Of a stretch of DNA of 64,000 nt, positions 61,196 to 64,000 are shown piece by piece (position 1 is the first letter of the stretch; every line of letters begins with the position of its first letter). The position numbers were made by a program, and so were the translations under genes. The notes beneath the pieces are model-generated. The model saw nothing but the letters and a program-made list of their open reading frames with translations. It was not told the origin of the DNA and did no database searches. Location of the stretch: NCBI GenBank assembly GCA_965222575.1, contig OZ244958.1, positions 832,001-896,000 of the forward strand. Reading direction: 5' to 3'. The stretch comes from Alphaproteobacteria bacterium. GTDB taxonomy: Bacteria > Pseudomonadota > Alphaproteobacteria > G965222575.

Positions 61196-61948
61196 ATGAC
61201 TCAACGCACAGGAATCATAGCGCGCAAAATAGGGATGATGCAGCTGTTTAACCAAACAACCAGCCACAGCACTCCTGTGAGTGTGTTATCCGTGGAGTGC
61301 ATGGTAGTAGGCCATAGAACAGTGGAGAAGGACGGCTATCTTGCGTTACAGGTAGGCACTGGGACGTTTTCCAAGCGCCGTTTAACCCGTGCAAGAAAAG
61401 GATTTTTTGAGAAAAATCAAGTGCCACACAAGCGTAAAATTGTGGAATTTCGTATTGAACAAAACGGCCTTATCCCCATGGGAACTCCTCTAACGGCAAG
61501 CCATTTTGTGGAAGGGCAATATGTAGATGTGCGCGGTCATACAATAGGCAAAGGCTTTGCAGGCGTTATGAAACGCCACAACTTTAAGGGGCTTGAAGCA
61601 AGCCATGGCGTGTCTGTTTCACATAGAAGTCATGGCTCTACAGGACAGTGCCAAGACCCGGGACGCGTCTTCAAAGGCAAAAAAATGGCTGGACAAATGG
61701 GCAATAAACAAATCACAAAACAAAACCTCCAAATTATAAAAATAGACTCTGAAAAGGGACTCTTGTGTCTAAAAGGCTCTGTTCCGGGGTGTAAAGGGTC
61801 TTGGTTGCTTATACAGGATGCACTCAAAAAATCTCAACCCGACTTACCAGTGCCAACAGCTGAAAAAATTGATATCTCTCCCACAGACCCAAAAGAGCCG
61901 CCTTCTCTTTCCTCTTCTTCCGCTAAAACTTCCAATGAGGGGGGTTAA
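61196..61948 (+). CDS. rplC: 50S ribosomal protein L3
   Basis: GKGFAGVMKRHNF, SHRSHGSTGQCQDPGRVFKGKKMAG. Confidence 0.98.
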   Translation: MTQRTGIIARKIGMMQLFNQTTSHSTPVSVLSVECMVVGHRTVEKDGYLALQVGTGTFSKRRLTRARKGFFEKNQVPHKRKIVEFRIEQNGLIPMGTPLTASHFVEGQYVDVRGHTIGKGFAGVMKRHNFKGLEASHGVSVSHRSHGSTGQCQDPGRVFKGKKMAGQMGNKQITKQNLQIIKIDSEKGLLCLKGSVPGCKGSWLLIQDALKKSQPDLPVPTAEKIDISPTDPKEPPSLSSSSAKTSNEGG

Positions 61949-61950
61949 CT

Positions 61951-62559
61951 ATGGAGGTTGTTCTGATTGATAAAAGTGGCAAAGAAAAGGGCAAGGTATC
62001 TTTTCCTAGTGTTTTAAGGGCGTCTCCCCAGGAAGGTCTTTTACATTTTATGGTTCGTTATCAGCAGGCGCGCAAGAGAGCTGGCACGCATCAGGTGAAG
62101 GATAGGGGAGAAGTGAGTGGCACAACACGCAAGGCTTTCAAGCAAAAGGGGACAGGGAGTGCGCGTCGTGGGAGCAATCGTGTATCTCAGTTTCGTGGAG
62201 GGGGGAAGGTGTTTGGTGCTAGGAGTCGGAGTCATGCTATTGGCATGCCGAAGAAGATGCGTACTTTGGCGCTTAAGATGGCTTTATCTTTGAAGGCAAA
62301 AGACAAGAATTTTGTAGTGGTGGAGGATGCTGTGGTGTCGTTGAAGACGGTATCGTCGTTGAAGGCTGAGTTGAGGGCTTTTTCTCCTGCTATGTATATT
62401 GTTCATGGGCATTCCCATAGAGATTTTACGGCTCTGCGCAATCTTCATAAGGTAGACCTTGTGCCTGCTGTTGGAGCAAATGTGTATGGGATTTTGAAAC
62501 GTTCGTGGTTAGTGGTAACGCGTAGTGCTCTAAAAGAGTTGGAAGAGAGGTTGCAATGA
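61951..62559 (+). CDS. rplD: 50S ribosomal protein L4
   Basis: KQKGTGSARRG...FRGGG. Confidence 0.95.
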   Translation: MEVVLIDKSGKEKGKVSFPSVLRASPQEGLLHFMVRYQQARKRAGTHQVKDRGEVSGTTRKAFKQKGTGSARRGSNRVSQFRGGGKVFGARSRSHAIGMPKKMRTLALKMALSLKAKDKNFVVVEDAVVSLKTVSSLKAELRAFSPAMYIVHGHSHRDFTALRNLHKVDLVPAVGANVYGILKRSWLVVTRSALKELEERLQ

Positions 62560-62840
62560 CGAAGGCTAATCTTTACAATAGATTGCTTGCGCCGGTGGTA
62601 ACGGAGAAGGGCGGCGGCGGGGCGTCAAAGTATGCCTTTAAGGTTCCTCTCTTAGCGTCTAAGAAGGCTGTTGCGGAGGCTGTAGAGGGGATATTTTCTG
62701 TCAAAGTCAAAAAAGTCAACACATTGAGAATGCAAGGGAAGAAGAAAGTATTTCGTGGTCATAAAGGGAAGCGGCCTGATTGGAAAAAGGCTGTTGTGAC
62801 GTTAGAGAAGAATCAAACCATTGATGTCATGGGAGGATGA
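62556..62840 (+). CDS. rplW: 50S ribosomal protein L23
   Basis: [22 protein letters not shown]. Confidence 0.95.
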   Translation: MTKANLYNRLLAPVVTEKGGGGASKYAFKVPLLASKKAVAEAVEGIFSVKVKKVNTLRMQGKKKVFRGHKGKRPDWKKAVVTLEKNQTIDVMGG

Positions 62841-62841
62841 G

Positions 62842-63681
62842 ATGGGGTTAAAGAGTTTTTCTCCTACGACGCCGTCATTGCGTGGGTTGATTTCAGTAGA
62901 CAGGGGTGAGTTATGGAAAGGGAAGCCTGAAAAATCTTTAACGAGGGGGTTTTGTAGCTCGGGAGGGAGAAATAATAAGGGACGTATCACCTCTGCTCAT
63001 CGTGGAGGAGGGCATAAGAAGCGGTATCGTTTTGTAGACTTTCGCCGGCGCCAGTTTGACTCTGTGGCACGGGTAAAACGTCTTGAGTTTGACCCTAACA
63101 GGAGTGCTTTTCTTGCGCTTTTGGAGTATGAAGGGGGAGAAAAATCGTATATTTTAGCGCCTCAACATCTCAAAGTTGGCACTCAAGTTCTCTCTTCTCA
63201 AGAACCGCTGGACATTAAAGTAGGCAATGCAACAATGCTCAAATATATTCCCACTGGTGTTGTGGTTCATAATGTTGAACTCAATCCGGGGCAAGGTGGC
63301 AAGATGGTGCGTTCTGCGGGAACATTTTCGCAAGTGTTAGGCAAAAGCGGGGGGTATGTACAGATACGTCTTTCCTCTGGAGAACAGCGGTTGGTACAGG
63401 AGAATTGTATGGCGACTATTGGTTCTGTTTCCAACCCTGACAATGCTAATAAAACCTTAGGAAAAGCAGGACGCAGTCGTTGGCTAGGGCGTCGTCCTGT
63501 TGTGAGAGGGGTGGCTATGAATCCGGTGGATCATCCTCATGGAGGTGGAGAGGGTCGTACTTCGGGGGGGCGTCATCCTGTGACACCTTGGGGCAAACCA
63601 ACGAAAGGATATAAAACCCGCAACAAAAAGACGACTAATCGCCTCATTGTCACCAGTCGTCATAAAGCGAAAAAACGATAG
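62842..63681 (+). CDS. rplB: 50S ribosomal protein L2
   Basis: [36 protein letters not shown] at 62842. Confidence 0.98.
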   Translation: MGLKSFSPTTPSLRGLISVDRGELWKGKPEKSLTRGFCSSGGRNNKGRITSAHRGGGHKKRYRFVDFRRRQFDSVARVKRLEFDPNRSAFLALLEYEGGEKSYILAPQHLKVGTQVLSSQEPLDIKVGNATMLKYIPTGVVVHNVELNPGQGGKMVRSAGTFSQVLGKSGGYVQIRLSSGEQRLVQENCMATIGSVSNPDNANKTLGKAGRSRWLGRRPVVRGVAMNPVDHPHGGGEGRTSGGRHPVTPWGKPTKGYKTRNKKTTNRLIVTSRHKAKKR

Positions 63682-63696
63682 AGGGTAGTAAAGAAA

Positions 63697-63960
63697 ATGG
63701 CACGTTCTGTTTGGAAAGGTCCTTTTGTGGTAAAATCTTTGCTAAAAAAAGCCATAGCAGCACAGGAATCCGGTGATAAACGCGTCATAAAAACCTGGTC
63801 GCGTAGTTCCTCTATTATGCCTCAATTTGTAGGGCTTACTATTGGGGTACATAATGGTCGTAAGTTTACCCCTGTGTTTATCACGGAAGACATGGTGGGA
63901 CATAAACTTGGAGAATTTGCGCCTACTCGGACATATCGTGGGCATGGAGGGTCTCAATGA
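63697..63960 (+). CDS. rpsS: 30S ribosomal protein S19
   Basis: [23 protein letters not shown]. Confidence 0.97.
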   Translation: MARSVWKGPFVVKSLLKKAIAAQESGDKRVIKTWSRSSSIMPQFVGLTIGVHNGRKFTPVFITEDMVGHKLGEFAPTRTYRGHGGSQ

Positions 63961-64000
63961 CGTTGTGCAAAGCCATAGGAAGACGCCTTAAAAATAGCCC
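63957..64000 (+). CDS. rplV: 50S ribosomal protein L22, 5' fragment
   Basis: ATGA overlap with rps[16 protein letters not shown]; expected gene order. Confidence 0.7.
   Translation, partial: MTLCKAIGRRLKNS

Noticed and set aside
48419..61827. Antisense and alternative-frame ORFs over rpoBC, fusA, tuf and ribosomal protein genes
   Set aside because: Fully overlap conserved genes and show no recognisable protein features.

Overview
Window from an Alphaproteobacterium, probably host-associated and fast-evolving (inferred from gene content and divergent core motifs; lineage not resolvable here). Most of it is housekeeping: pstSCA, xerD, cutA, ctaA, yejABEF with a duplicated yejA, TauE/TIGR02186 pair, uvrA/ssb, trkAH, dat, fabI, fumC, rnhA, ahcY, dnaG-rpoD, tRNA-Arg(CCT), secE-nusG-rplKAJL-rpoBC and the str/S10 operons. 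Two accessory regions stand out. (1) 17.0-22.4 kb: a stand-alone type III secretion translocon module (two SycD/LcrH chaperones, YopB-like SctE, YopD-like SctB, CesT-like chaperone), followed by an XRE regulator and a PLP-dependent histidine-decarboxylase-like gene. (2) 38.4-45.0 kb: a tandem array of five ankyrin-repeat genes (about 54 repeats) between tRNA-Arg and secE. It is built like a cassette library, with a near-invariant repeat framework, variation at DARPin-type surface positions, a shared C-cap, a conserved inter-gene spacer, interchangeable N-terminal targeting modules and several frameshifts. All family calls come from visual motif recognition; no database search was run.
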